Shown: piece by piece, positions 1 through 9,980 of the stretch | How the letters are laid out: the number at the start of each line of letters is the position of its first letter | How positions within the stretch are numbered: the stretch's first letter is position 1 | NCBI GenBank assembly: GCA_001724265.1 | Contig: MEDY01000283.1 | Span: 1 to 40,659, forward strand | Direction of reading: 5' to 3' | DNA length: 40,659 bases | DNA from: Rhizaria sp. SCN 62-66 | Taxonomy: Eukaryota | The notes under the pieces: model-generated | What the model saw: only the letters and a program-made list of their open reading frames with translations | Told to the model about the DNA's origin: nothing | The model's database searches: none | Made by a program: the position numbers and the translations under genes

Positions 1-2
1 GC

Positions 3-140
3 TCCCCAGAGGACATCATGGCAGCCATCTCGCGCGTAAACGAGCTCATGAGCCACGCTAGCGCCCACTCGCTCCCTGCTGCACAACATGCTTCTGCAGC
101 TGCTCCGTCGCACCCAACAGTGCCTCTCCCACCTGTGTAG
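3..140 (+). CDS. 3' part of an unidentified gene running in from the left edge (partial)
   Basis: Frame +3 reads SPEDIMAAISRVNELMSHASAHSLPAAQHASAAAPSHPTVPLPPV with host-like composition up to TAG 138-140. If TAG is sense the true end is further on. AT-rich sequence follows from ~190. Confidence 0.35.
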   Translation, partial: SPEDIMAAISRVNELMSHASAHSLPAAQHASAAAPSHPTVPLPPV

Positions 141-331
141 GCAAGGCTGAGCAGGCAGATAACAGCAAGTACAGAGTACCACGTGCTAATCGAGTTTTTT
201 TAGACCGATAATTGATTGTCAAATAGATAATTCACATATTCATTTAGTCGAACAAATTTCATCAATAAATATATATGTATCGATCCAATTGTATTACAAA
301 ATCAATTTCCACCGCAAATTTTTTTGGTCAA

Positions 332-442
332 CTACGGATATTTTAGCCACAGCTACGGATATTTTTGCCCGCAGTAGTACTAGTAGTATAATACGCTGCA
401 CCTATACGTTGCACAGAATACGCTGCACATAGTACGCTGCAC
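332..442. repeat. Cluster of short direct repeats
   Basis: CTACGGATATTTT at 332-344 and 353-365. TACG(C/T)TGCAC at 392-401, 405-414, 419-428 and 433-442 (13-14 bp period). Confidence 0.85.
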
Positions 443-1258
443 ATCAAGAGCGCTATTATGCAATTTTCAGCCGCGAGCGTATTGCACCGTCTCTTGACAT
501 CGAGACGATTTATCACAGCCTCTTGCCGTGATTATGTAACAGCAACGGATTTCACTTGACTTTCATGCCTCTTGTCATTGACGAAATTCTTGAAATTACG
601 ATTAATTCTATATACAAGCCAGCATGACATATATTACACGTCTGATTTTTCAAGTGTAAGTATCATATTCACACCGGTATCTTGTCGCCTGCTACTCCTG
701 TGCTCAAAATTGCGTTTGTGGAGAAATCGTGCCGTCGCGCCATGAGTCCCACTCGACTGTTATTATCTAAGGCTTTACTCAACAATGACGTCGTCATAAG
801 GCATTGTATGTTGTTATACTTGTCTATCGTTTAGATTGTATGCAATTATTTTATTATGATTTGTATCTCTAAACTAATCATGCTCAGTTTAGCCAAGTTT
901 CAATCCATTCCTCGAGGAGTGGGTCGACCTCGGTGTCTGTGATGTAGGCACATATTTTGGGATGTTTAACAGAAACTAACGAGGACTTCGTAAATGAAAA
1001 GTTTATTACTAGTAGAAAAACTATTGTTATCATATCTTAAATCCCATGATAGAATACTCGTTCTATGGTGTATAGTCACAACTGAATGTTGGGTCAAGTC
1101 AACCCATTGCAACCGTTCTGACATACGACAAACATCTTACACATCCATTGGCTTGTTTTGCCCATTATCCCCAATCAACGCGTTTTTAGAGCATCGCTAC
1201 TACGTTTGCTTGTCTCTTAGCGGGGTATTAGGCAACGAGGAGTCACGTTAACTTGAAA

Positions 1259-1846
1259 ATGAGCGATATCTCATTTTCCCGTTGGGGTGCAAAGTACTTG
1301 ACAGGGGTCGCAGTAAACCAACTTAGGCTTCTCAACACAACCGTTGACGACGTCGTTTTATATGATCACGGGATATTGACCCATGCTGAAGCAACTATTG
1401 TGGCAGAGACTGCAGCCGCCGCTGCGGCCGCAGCCACCGCAGCTGCCCCAGCTGTTTCTGCCTCAGCTGCCGCTGCCCCCGCCTCTGCTGCCGCTGCGGT
1501 CGCAGCCCCGAAGGCCTCTGTAGCATCCGCTAATGTTGACACTCCATATACAAACACGATTGCGGCACGCACTCAAGCAAAGGCAGGTTTTCGGACTGCA
1601 TGGCGCGCGGCTGCAAGCAATAGCAACGACAATACTATCATGAGTAACAACAACGTCAGCGACGCCAATGATAACAACAGCGTTGCAGCGCGTCTCACAG
1701 AAAGTGACCGTATCAAGGCACTTTTCGTTGCTGCTAACGTTACTGCGGGGGTTTCTGTTGATGACGACGACGATGACGACGATGACGATGACGACGGCAA
1801 TGACAGCGATGAAGATCCTGTTAAAAGGGGTAATGGGCGTGTAACA
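1259..1846 (+). CDS. Ala/Asn/Asp-rich coding segment, probable upstream exon of the 2099-6001 gene
   Basis: Open frame with the same poly-A/N/D style as the tail of the downstream gene. A phase-0 GTACGT donor at 1847 and a CAG acceptor at 2111-2113, preceded by a T-rich tract, would join ...KRGNGRVT|GRRARSDEEIQ in frame. The 5' end is uncertain. Confidence 0.45.
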
Positions 1847-2098
1847 GTACGTTTCTACTCCTATACTTTTTAGATATGTATTGATTATTTTGTCAGTGTG
1901 TTGGTTTAGGTCTTACAGTATGACGACCTGAAAACACCTGTTCATATGTTTGCTTTATCTTATAGATGCAATGGTTTTTAACACTACATGCTCAACTTTA
2001 AATGAAGTTTCCATGCACTATCACACAGATTTACAACAAGAACAAACGAATCTCACGAGCAAAGTAATCATTTTTCCTTTGTATTTCATCACACGTAT

Positions 2099-5000
2099 AT
2101 GCTCGACACGCAGGGTCGGCGAGCCCGCTCTGATGAGGAGATTCAGGCCCAGATTGTTCGTGACACGGAAATTGCAGAATCAAATCCTCACAATCAAGAA
2201 GGAATACGCGCTAGGCGCCGCCTTGCCAATCTAAGCGATGCCGGCATGCACTCGCGCATGCGCCATAATGCAGTAAATTTCACCAAGGACAGACACGACC
2301 GTCTCTTACTGCGCGAGCGTGATGAGATCACCAGCCTACGCGACAGCGTTCCTGCGTATATTTGTGCTGTTGAGAAGCTTACTGATGCACTTTTACTTGA
2401 GAACAATGACGTTTGTACGCTAACCGCCGCGATCAACGTTGAGTGTGATGCTGCTGCTGAAGTTGCCGAGTGCGTGCGGGCTGACAACGTTATCGCTTGC
2501 TGCAACCATACCAAGAGCAAAAACAGCGCGTTCATCCTACAAGAAGGTGCTGAGATCCACCGCAGGTCTTCAGAGCGGGTGCGCACATATGCAGCTATTA
2601 TTAGCAAGCTTGCTGCGCTGCTAACAAGTGAGTGTGATTGCCGCACAGCGAACTCTACGCTACTTACTGAGGCCAGTACCACTCTCACTAGCACAGTCAG
2701 GGGCTCTATTGCATTCAGTGACTACCGCGCTGCCAAAATGAAGGCCATTGGCGAGTCAGCGATTGTAAACGAGTGTGCTGTTAACGCTGCCGCGGATAGT
2801 AAACCGGTATACGAGCGTGTGATCGAGGCTACGCGCACAACAGCAGACGCTGTGCGTCACGCCGCACAAGCAGCTGGAGCTCTTGTTGAGAGCTACAACA
2901 ACAATGTGGCTGCATTGAAGAGCTGTGCTGCTGCGCATGCGGCTGCATCTAATGTGATAATGGAGGGCGCACGCGCTCGCATGCCAATAGACGCTCAGGG
3001 TCGACGTAATAGCTATATCTCCAACGACACTGAGAAAGCAATGGCTATCATCAGCGAAACCGCTGTGAGTGACGAATGCAAGAAGGCGCATGTTGCGATG
3101 GGAACTGCTATGATCAACAGCGCAGCAGCACGCGCAATGGTGGCTGCTTCAATTGAGCACAGCGTAGCCGCTGCCATGGCTGAGTCTGACACGCACAACA
3201 TTACTATTGTCGCGCGCCAGAACCATGCCAACATCATCCCTCTCCTTGCACAGGCCCGCGTCGACTGGGGCAGTGCTTATGTTATCAAGGCAGCCGCTGA
3301 GGCAAACGCAACACATCTTAAAACAAACATTAATAACGTCACACGCAAGCCCCTTGGCATTGAGATGGTTGCAAATGCACGTACGTTCAACTGTAGTGGT
3401 AACGAGCTTGTCACTAGGACGCACCACATGTCAACAATGGCACTCTCGCTGCGGACTTTGACAAATTCGCGTGTGCTGGCCGTGGAAAATATGTATAAGG
3501 AGATGAAAGTTAACGCTGTACAGGAGATTTCCAGCCAGAAGGTACGTGAGTACAATAAGGACATGGCGGGCAAGGCCATTTCCAAACATCACGACGATGT
3601 ACTGCCGCATCATGCTGAGATTGTGGCGCGTGGGACGCCTGGTGTATTTGGTGAGGAGCAACAGATTCACACTCAGCACGGGTTCATGCATATTGCACGT
3701 GTGTATCACAAGCTGCAGCAAGGCGAGGAAGTGTTCGCTATGTGCTACGACACTGAGCTTAAGAAGGCTGTGTACAGTACCTTGCGCGTGAGCCAGTATG
3801 CTGGTCCCGCAAAGACTATGTGCATCCTGACTGCAGAGAACGAGAAGCGCCGCTGGCTTCCCGACGCTAACCGCTACGGCCAGACTGAACACTCAGCTGA
3901 TGACAGTAAGTCGCATCCACAGTCAAACTTTCTCTCCTCAGTGGTCTCTGATGACCTCGCCGTGTACGCGCAGATTGGCGTTGACTCAGCCCGCGGTGGT
4001 AAGTTTCATAGTGACTACCCGCACTAGGCGATCGCTGCTGGTGCCTTTGTTGGCAGTGACACTACTTTGTTGCGCATGCTGAGTGCTGCACCAAACGGTT
4101 ACGAGCCGCCACAGGGCTGCCCGTTCCGTCGTCAGTTCCTCGCTGAGATGCGCCGGCTGCGCTGCAAGAACGCAGCCAAGCGTCACCTCTTCCTGGAGCT
4201 GCTGGGCATGTGGCTAGGTGATGGAACTATGGGCTACAGTAACAGTCGCCGTGCTGTTCTTTTTGTCCAGCGCAAGGAGCGTGACATCAGCTTCATCCAA
4301 CGTACGCTATCTGCACTTGGCATCAAGCAATGGAAGGGTAGCAAGCAGCCTAGCCGTGACACTCACGGCTGGGCCATCTACAAACCTAATTGGTTCAGCT
4401 TTTTTGACCGCTACTTTGGAGATAAGTATAAGGAGGGTGCCACTGGCCAAGGAGTGCAACAGCGCGAGAGCCCGAAGAGCGCCAAAGGGGCGCTGCCTGC
4501 CTTTCTCCTCCTTGGCCTTACCAAGGAAGAGTCCAGGCTCGTGCTCAAGGGTCTCTGGCGTGCTGATGGTCAGAGTGCCGGCACAGGAGCGAATAAGATT
4601 TACACCAGCTCACGTGTGTATGTTGACAACATCCTGCAACTTGCGCAAAACGGCGGATACGGCGCGCGCTTTAACTTATCTCACCCCAAGGGCGCGTGCA
4701 GTGGGTTCACAATTGATGGAAGAACATACAGACTGCGTGAGTACGCGGAGCTGCCTCTTGAGATCAAGGCGGCAGCTAAGGCAATCGTTGCCACTGTGGA
4801 CGGCTATGCAGTGTGGTTTTCAGACGCAGTTAGCGGCAACACACTGTATCCTGCTATGTCGAGCAGCAGCATAGTCACGCGGAGGAGCTGTGACCGGGAC
4901 CGGCTTTGGGTGGTGGAGGTTGACCACACTGATCACATCGTTCTCACGCGCCGCGCCGCTGTCACCAGTATCAAGGGCAGGCGCGTCGTTTTCAAGGCCT

Positions 5001-6001
5001 CTCGCCCTGTGTTGGTCGGTGACTCAGTCAAGCTGATGAATGGCAGTCACTTCGGCGCGCGCCAGCTTGACGCCAACACCCGGAGCGAGGCCGTTGGTGA
5101 GCTGACCATCAAGATGGCTTACGACAACGACAGCAATGATGACGACGTTAATGTTGGCGCCTATAACAGGTACCACTTCCGTAACGTTGTCATTGTAGAC
5201 GACATCCCGCTGGTTAACGATGTCTTAGTCGAGTCCGATGAGGATATCGAGATGGACGGTGTTAGCCGCGACCAGGTTGAGGCGGCTGCTGAGGCTGATG
5301 ATGCGCGTCGCGACTCCGCCGAAGCAGAGTATGTGCGTCGTGTCACTGAGGCTAATGCTACAGAAAATGGTGTCGCTGTCACTGCTGAGACTGATACTTA
5401 TGCTGCCGCCGTTGCTGCTGCCGCACGAGCTGCCAACGCTCGTATTAGTCAGGCAGTTGATAACGGCACTAACGACATGCACGATGTTATCAATCGTATG
5501 AACAATAACAGTAACATCAGTGTCAACATCAACAGTAGTAATACCAACAATCATGGTACTGATAGTGATGCAATCGATCTTACTTTGGATTCCGACTCTA
5601 GTAATGATTACGATGATGAGAATGATGATGATGATGATGCTGTTGCGGCTCACTGTTTTCTGCATAGCAAGCCCAACGAAGTGCATGCGGCCGGACAAGC
5701 TCAGAACAACAGTGCCAGTGCAAGTGCTGCCACAGCTACATCACTATCAGCTGCAACGACCGCTGCTACTGATGTTGCTGCTGCTGCAGCTGCCGCTGTT
5801 GGTGCTGTTAGTTACGAGGATAACGATGACTATGACATTCTAAGTAAGCCTGTTGTTAAGCGCCCCCGTGGTCCCATTTACACTTACATGACTGCATATG
5901 GCGTTTACAGTAACAATAACCCTAGCAATGTCAATGGCAGTTTCATCAGCAAGAACAACAGTAGCAATAACAGCAACAATAACAAAAACAACAATATTTA
6001 A
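2099..6001 (+). CDS. Large hypothetical protein (~1300 aa): Ala-rich helical N-terminus, intein-like Hint/LAGLIDADG module, acidic/Asn-rich tail; one internal in-frame TAG
   Basis: ORFs 2099-4027 and 4067-6001 share one frame, separated only by TAG 4025-4027 and 13 sense codons. Intein-like blocks lie on both sides of the TAG. The gene ends in TAA. Confidence 0.75.
3644..5023 (+). mobile_element. Degenerate intein-like element (Hint domain + DOD/LAGLIDADG homing endonuclease), 460 codons
   Basis: Block A-like VFGEEQQIHTQHGF; block B-like LSSVVSDDLAVY; LAGLIDADG motifs FLELLGMWLGDG (4190-4225) and VLKGLWRADG (4541-4570); block H-like IYTSSRVYVDNILQLAQNGGY; block F/G-like LWVVEVDHTDHIVLTRR...ASRPVLVGD|S. 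Confidence 0.8.
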
Positions 6002-6083
6002 GAATAACAACGCGAATAAGAAGGACTGTGAGAGGTACTCTATTAAAACATTGCCAGTTACTGCCAGTTATATGTACATATCT

Positions 6084-6170
6084 TAGTTAATAGCACGTTA
6101 GACTGACGGTGCGACGGCTTTAGGCGCCGTTTTGTTTTCGGACGCGCGGGTTCGGGTCCCGTCAAACTCA
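6084..6170 (+). pseudogene. tRNA-Leu (anticodon TAG) pseudogene / tRNA-like element
   Basis: D stem GCA/TGC; perfect anticodon stem ACGGC/GCCGT with loop TTTAGGC (TAG 6121-6123); long variable arm GTT-TTCG-GAC; T arm GCGGG-TTCGGGT-CCCGT; discriminator A followed by TTTTT. The acceptor stem pairs only 4/7 and the D and T loops deviate from consensus. Confidence 0.65.
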
Positions 6171-6556
6171 TTTTTGCATCCCCGTACTTGGCCACTTCGG
6201 TACAGCCGCTTTGAGAAAAAGCCTACAATTTGCAGACGTTCGACCGTCTCGACGCGACAAACGCGATTTTTAGATTACTTAGTCCATAAATCGGATAACC
6301 AAGTAGGAGTCAAGATAGACAGATTCATTTGTAAACTTGATGCATCAGGATCTCTCGTTTTTTAACTATTCAAATCTGTTTTAATTTTTTCGAGTGGTAC
6401 CAATGACGGGGTATAAAGACATTCTCAAAAATCGCAGGAGGTGAAGAAAAAGTTGTTGTATTACTGGTACCAGTATGTTTTGTCATGGAGACTGTCATGG
6501 AAACTGTAGACTTTGATTTAATGTTAAGCTTTTGTCACGTAATATAATACTGTATC

Positions 6557-7096
6557 TTGTTACAATCGCCATTCTGCATAAAAATCCCTTCGCACAGCAA
6601 ACCACTGTGAAAATCGCCACCCAACAACCATGGCCGCCGTAATATTAGTAGTGTTTTCCTGTGTACACAGACTTCTCTTTTCTGTGAAAACAACAATAAC
6701 AATTTATGATATCAGAGACACAGTATATAATTCGAATTATATACTTGGTTCTTATCGTTTTCATAGAACAAGAGAGTCTGTGTTCACAAGAAACGCCATC
6801 TTTATATCGCGGCCGGAAATTGCTGTTGATGAAGGGAATTTGATGCGGTGGTATTTTCTGTGTACACAGACTTCTGTTTACTGTGAGAACAACAACAACA
6901 ACAATTATTCATATCAGATACACAGTATATGGGTCGGATTATATACATCGGTGTTGTTGTTTTCATAGAAAAGAGAAGTCTGTGTTAACAGAAAACAGAA
7001 GTGTTGTACATAAGAAACACCGCCTTTATATCGCGGCCGGCAATTGCTGTGCGAATGGGATTTTACCATGGTTATGCAGAATGTCGGTTGTAACAA
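6557..7096. mobile_element. Non-autonomous TIR/foldback (MITE-like) element
   Basis: Imperfect TIRs at 6557-6600 (TTGTTACAATCGCCATTCTGCATAAAAATCCCTTCGCACAGCAA) and 7044-7096. The interior is two ~200-bp tandem units, each palindromic. 6665-6696 and 6954-6985 are inverted copies at 31/32. No target-site duplication identified. Confidence 0.7.
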
Positions 7097-7273
7097 CATC
7101 TTTTCTGGAAACTCTCGGGTTTGAAGAATTCTTCATCGCGCAAGGGCGTGAGCGGCAGACAGACTAATACACATAAATACGAACTCAAGAGATTGCTCAT
7201 CGAGATTAAAAATGTGCCTCAAAAGTAAAACCAAGCACGCTGATGTAAGAAAGGCACAATGTGTACTCATCCC

Positions 7274-7520
7274 TTGTTACGCGCGACATTTTACATAAGG
7301 ACTCTCTCACAGGAAAACCACAGATAAACGACACCCAACGACCTACAAAGGTCCGGATCCAAGGGTGGTGTTTTCTGTGTACTCACACAGAAGGAGATGC
7401 CGTTTCTCTGTGGAGTCAGTGATATAATTACTGACTGTGGTTTTCCTGGGCAAGTCCGAGGTTTTTACATGAGGAGCAAGTCGTGGAATTGTGCAAATAC
7501 ACATTTAAAGAATGTCAGTT
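7274..7520. mobile_element. Degenerate second copy of the same TIR family
   Basis: TTGTTACGCGCGACATTTTACATAA (7274-7298) and AGAATGTCAGTT (7509-7520) resemble the TIR. There is an internal perfect 14-bp inverted pair at 7310-7323 / 7435-7448. Confidence 0.5.
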
Positions 7521-7938
7521 CGTCCACATGTTGTCCACTGCCATTTCGTTCTGTCAAATCCGAATGTTAATTACATTTAACAAAGTTGCCATAATAGTTT
7601 TCGATATCTTCATTATACATCATACTCAATCCATAAACACTATCATCACACAAAATCGCCGTCGTGTTTGTCCGCAAATGGTTAGCAATATCACATTAAC
7701 ACATGTGAGACGTTTGATCCCACGCGGCGGCCTGCATTTTTATCGCAATTGCAATAGCCAATACAGTCCAGAACGAGCAAGATTATAGCGGGTTTCATCG
7801 CTGGTATCCTCTGTTGATGAACGAACGTCGATGACAAGCGAACTGGCATTTCGATAGGTTGATGAGGTTTTTTTTTTGTGTTGTCAAAAAGTGTCTTGGA
7901 GCCCGGCTTTACTGACTATTCACGGCGAGACATATTTC

Positions 7939-8896
7939 TCACTGCAGGTGGCCGAGCAGCGCCGTGGTGTCCGCCTTGACGTTGTCAATGCGCTCTGCCG
8001 AGAGCGAGAGCGCGGTGGAAGCGGCGCCGGTGACGGGGACAGCGAGCGTGGCGGTGACGCGCGCGAGCAGGGCGATTGTGCCTGCACTGGCGAGCGCGGC
8101 GCCGGCGCGCTGGGCGGACAGAGGGGCGCAGCGCGATGCGAGGGCGGCGGCAGCGTCGCGGGAGAAGATGACTGCACTGGCGTTGACGCTCCTATAGAAC
8201 CAAAAAAAGGTCAAAAATGAAAGCAAGAGTGATGTCGTATTCGGCATCGAAGCAAGTCATCAGAGCAAGAGAGAGCGCCGTTACGTACCCTCCGAGCGCG
8301 GCAATAAAGGGTTCCAGCGCGACTTTGGCGGGCCAGGCGAGTTGGGTGCGCACGGTGCGTTCGGGGACGCTGGCAGCGCCAGCGACAAGCGCGGCGACGC
8401 GTGCGATGCGTGCGAGCGTGGGCAGGTCGTCGAGGCCACGCTGGAGCGCGGCGCGTTCGGCGGCGGTGCCCAGGGCGTCGGCGAGGGCGTCGCTGGGCGC
8501 GGGCCAGTGGGCGAGCGCGGCGGCGGCGTGCGCGGCGGCGGCGTCGGCGGTGGAGAGGTCGCCGGCGGCGAGCCGGGAGGCGATGTCAGCGAGCGCGGTC
8601 AGAAGGGGCGCAAGAGCGGGTTCGATCGGGGCCGGGGCGCCGCGGCGGTCAAGCGCGGCGGAGGCGAGCGGGTACTGGTGCGCGTTGATGAGCGCAAGGC
8701 CTTGGAGCGCGCGGGTGAGGAACACGCAGTGCTGCGGGAGGGAGGAGAGCTCGGCCTCGGTGAGGAGGTCCGCGACAGCGCCCCAGGAGCGGGTCTGCGC
8801 GTGGGCGACAACGCGCGCGGACAGCTCAGCGCGCGGAAGAATGGCCGGTTCGGAGAGCAAGTCAGGCAAAGGACCAGTGGTCGTCGACGCCAACAT
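7939..8896 (-). CDS. COP9 signalosome subunit 8-like (CSN8/PSMD8/eIF3K family) protein, 2 exons (8896-8289, 8191-7939), ~286 aa
   Basis: The splice joins ORFs 8192-9085 and 7939-8247 in frame (GG|G). N-terminal RSWGAVADLLTEAEL and C-terminal LSAERIDNVKADTTALLGHLQ-TGA resemble CSN8 ends. The similarity is weak and by eye. Confidence 0.5.
8192..8288 (-). other. Spliceosomal intron (97 nt)
   Basis: GTACGT donor, T-rich tract, TATAG acceptor; removal restores the reading frame. Confidence 0.85.
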
Positions 8897-9502
8897 AGCC
8901 GTTCTATACGAGGACGAAAGGGGAGGAGCAACGTTAGGTCCGTGCAGCAACACCGCTAAATGATTACGCAGTGATTTTTCATGTGTCCGTCGCGTTTCGC
9001 TAATTGAGCATGGTGACAACCACAACTCGTCTACAATACTGCTATGCTGTGATATACCGACACATTTCGAGGAAGACAGCTCCAAGGAAGATAGGCGTCA
9101 CATCAAGACTCAACCACAACGCTATTTCGCATTCTGAAGAGTATTCCTAAAAGTTGAACCGTCAACCGTAGTAAACTAAACCGAAAAATATCCAGATCAG
9201 TTCGTTTGACGATCATAGACGTGCTACAGCGTGCTTTGAAGTTGGACCTCCCAGATCCCGCAAGCTCCACCACAAACGCTGATTGCAAGACATGACTGAA
9301 GTTTATTTATTGGTTGATTTGTACAGATTCATGTGACACATTTTGCATACAAAAGCACGTGAGACACAATTCACTCACATGCATTTGGCCACACTCGGGA
9401 AAATCCTTTTGATAAGTGGTTGTATGCGTCTCTATCGTCAGAATTCAATAGTACGTAGTACGTATAGGTGCGTTACAATCACAAGGCAGCATCCGCAACA
9501 CA

Positions 9503-9879
9503 GTTACAACCGACATTCTGGTGTTTGCCCCAGTGTGTGAGACTTGGTATAGATGCAGTCGAGCTTGACACCCACGCTGATGACCGTCAATATGAATTGT
9601 AAGATCAACGTCGGCCTTTATCTGATCGACAAGCGCACTGACGTTAGAGCAGCAAGCGCAGTCTCGGGCACAGCGGCGCCAGTGCGGCTGGTGCGAGTGC
9701 TCGCAGCGGTGCTGAGCTCTTTGACGATGACGACGTCGGTATCATCGCCGCTCGCCTCGTGCTGACGCGCATCAGGGCGCGTATCTGTGCTCCCATGTGT
9801 ACTTTGACATTGGTGCTGGTTGATGCTAATGTGTCTGTGTCAGCAGCCAGTGTATTTTATGCAGAATGTCGGCTGTGAC
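9503..9879. mobile_element. Third TIR-family copy enclosing a GC-rich gene-like fragment
   Basis: GTTACAACCGACATTCTG (9503-9520) and CAGAATGTCGGCTGTGAC (9862-9879) are inverted at 16/18. The left one is the exact reverse complement of 7077-7094. Confidence 0.55.
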
Positions 9880-9980
9880 AGCAAAACGTGTGATTACAGA
9901 GCGGTACAGACAGCACAGAAGCGTACAATATCCGCGACACGACTCAGTTCAAGCTTCTACCACGCATATCATAGAAGACC

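Noticed and set aside
138-140. TAG at the end of the left-edge frame as evidence for or against recoding
   Set aside because: The gene is unidentified and partial. The TAG could be a true stop (a counter-example) or be read through, and this cannot be decided here.
332-442. CRISPR-like array
   Set aside because: Repeats are 10-13 bp with 3-8 bp spacers, the context is eukaryotic, and there are no cas genes.
883-898. CTCAGTTTAGCCAAGT as the displaced 5' half of the tRNA-Leu (split by insertion)
   Set aside because: It does not pair with the 3' acceptor strand CAAACTC in the right register, and a degenerate 5' half is already present at 6084-6113.
1871-1873. TAG ending ORF 1253-1873 as evidence that TAG is a stop
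   Set aside because: It lies downstream of a GTACGT donor at 1847, in AT-rich, probably intronic sequence, so it is uninformative.
3998-4027. Mini-intron GTAAGT...CACTAG removing the TAG
   Set aside because: It is about 29 nt, not a multiple of three, so removal would shift the LAGLIDADG motifs out of frame. It is also much shorter than the supported introns.
6119-6125. tRNA relic as the UAG-suppressor tRNA
   Set aside because: Its anticodon is TAG (decodes CUA, Leu). A UAG reader needs CTA, and the reverse strand does not form a canonical tRNA.
6132-7788. Short ORFs in the repeat region as a transposase
   Set aside because: No DDE, HUH or RT motifs; they are translations of the palindromic repeats.
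8192-8194. TAG ending ORF 8192-9085 as a real stop or recoded codon
   Set aside because: It is the 3' splice acceptor of intron 8192-8288.
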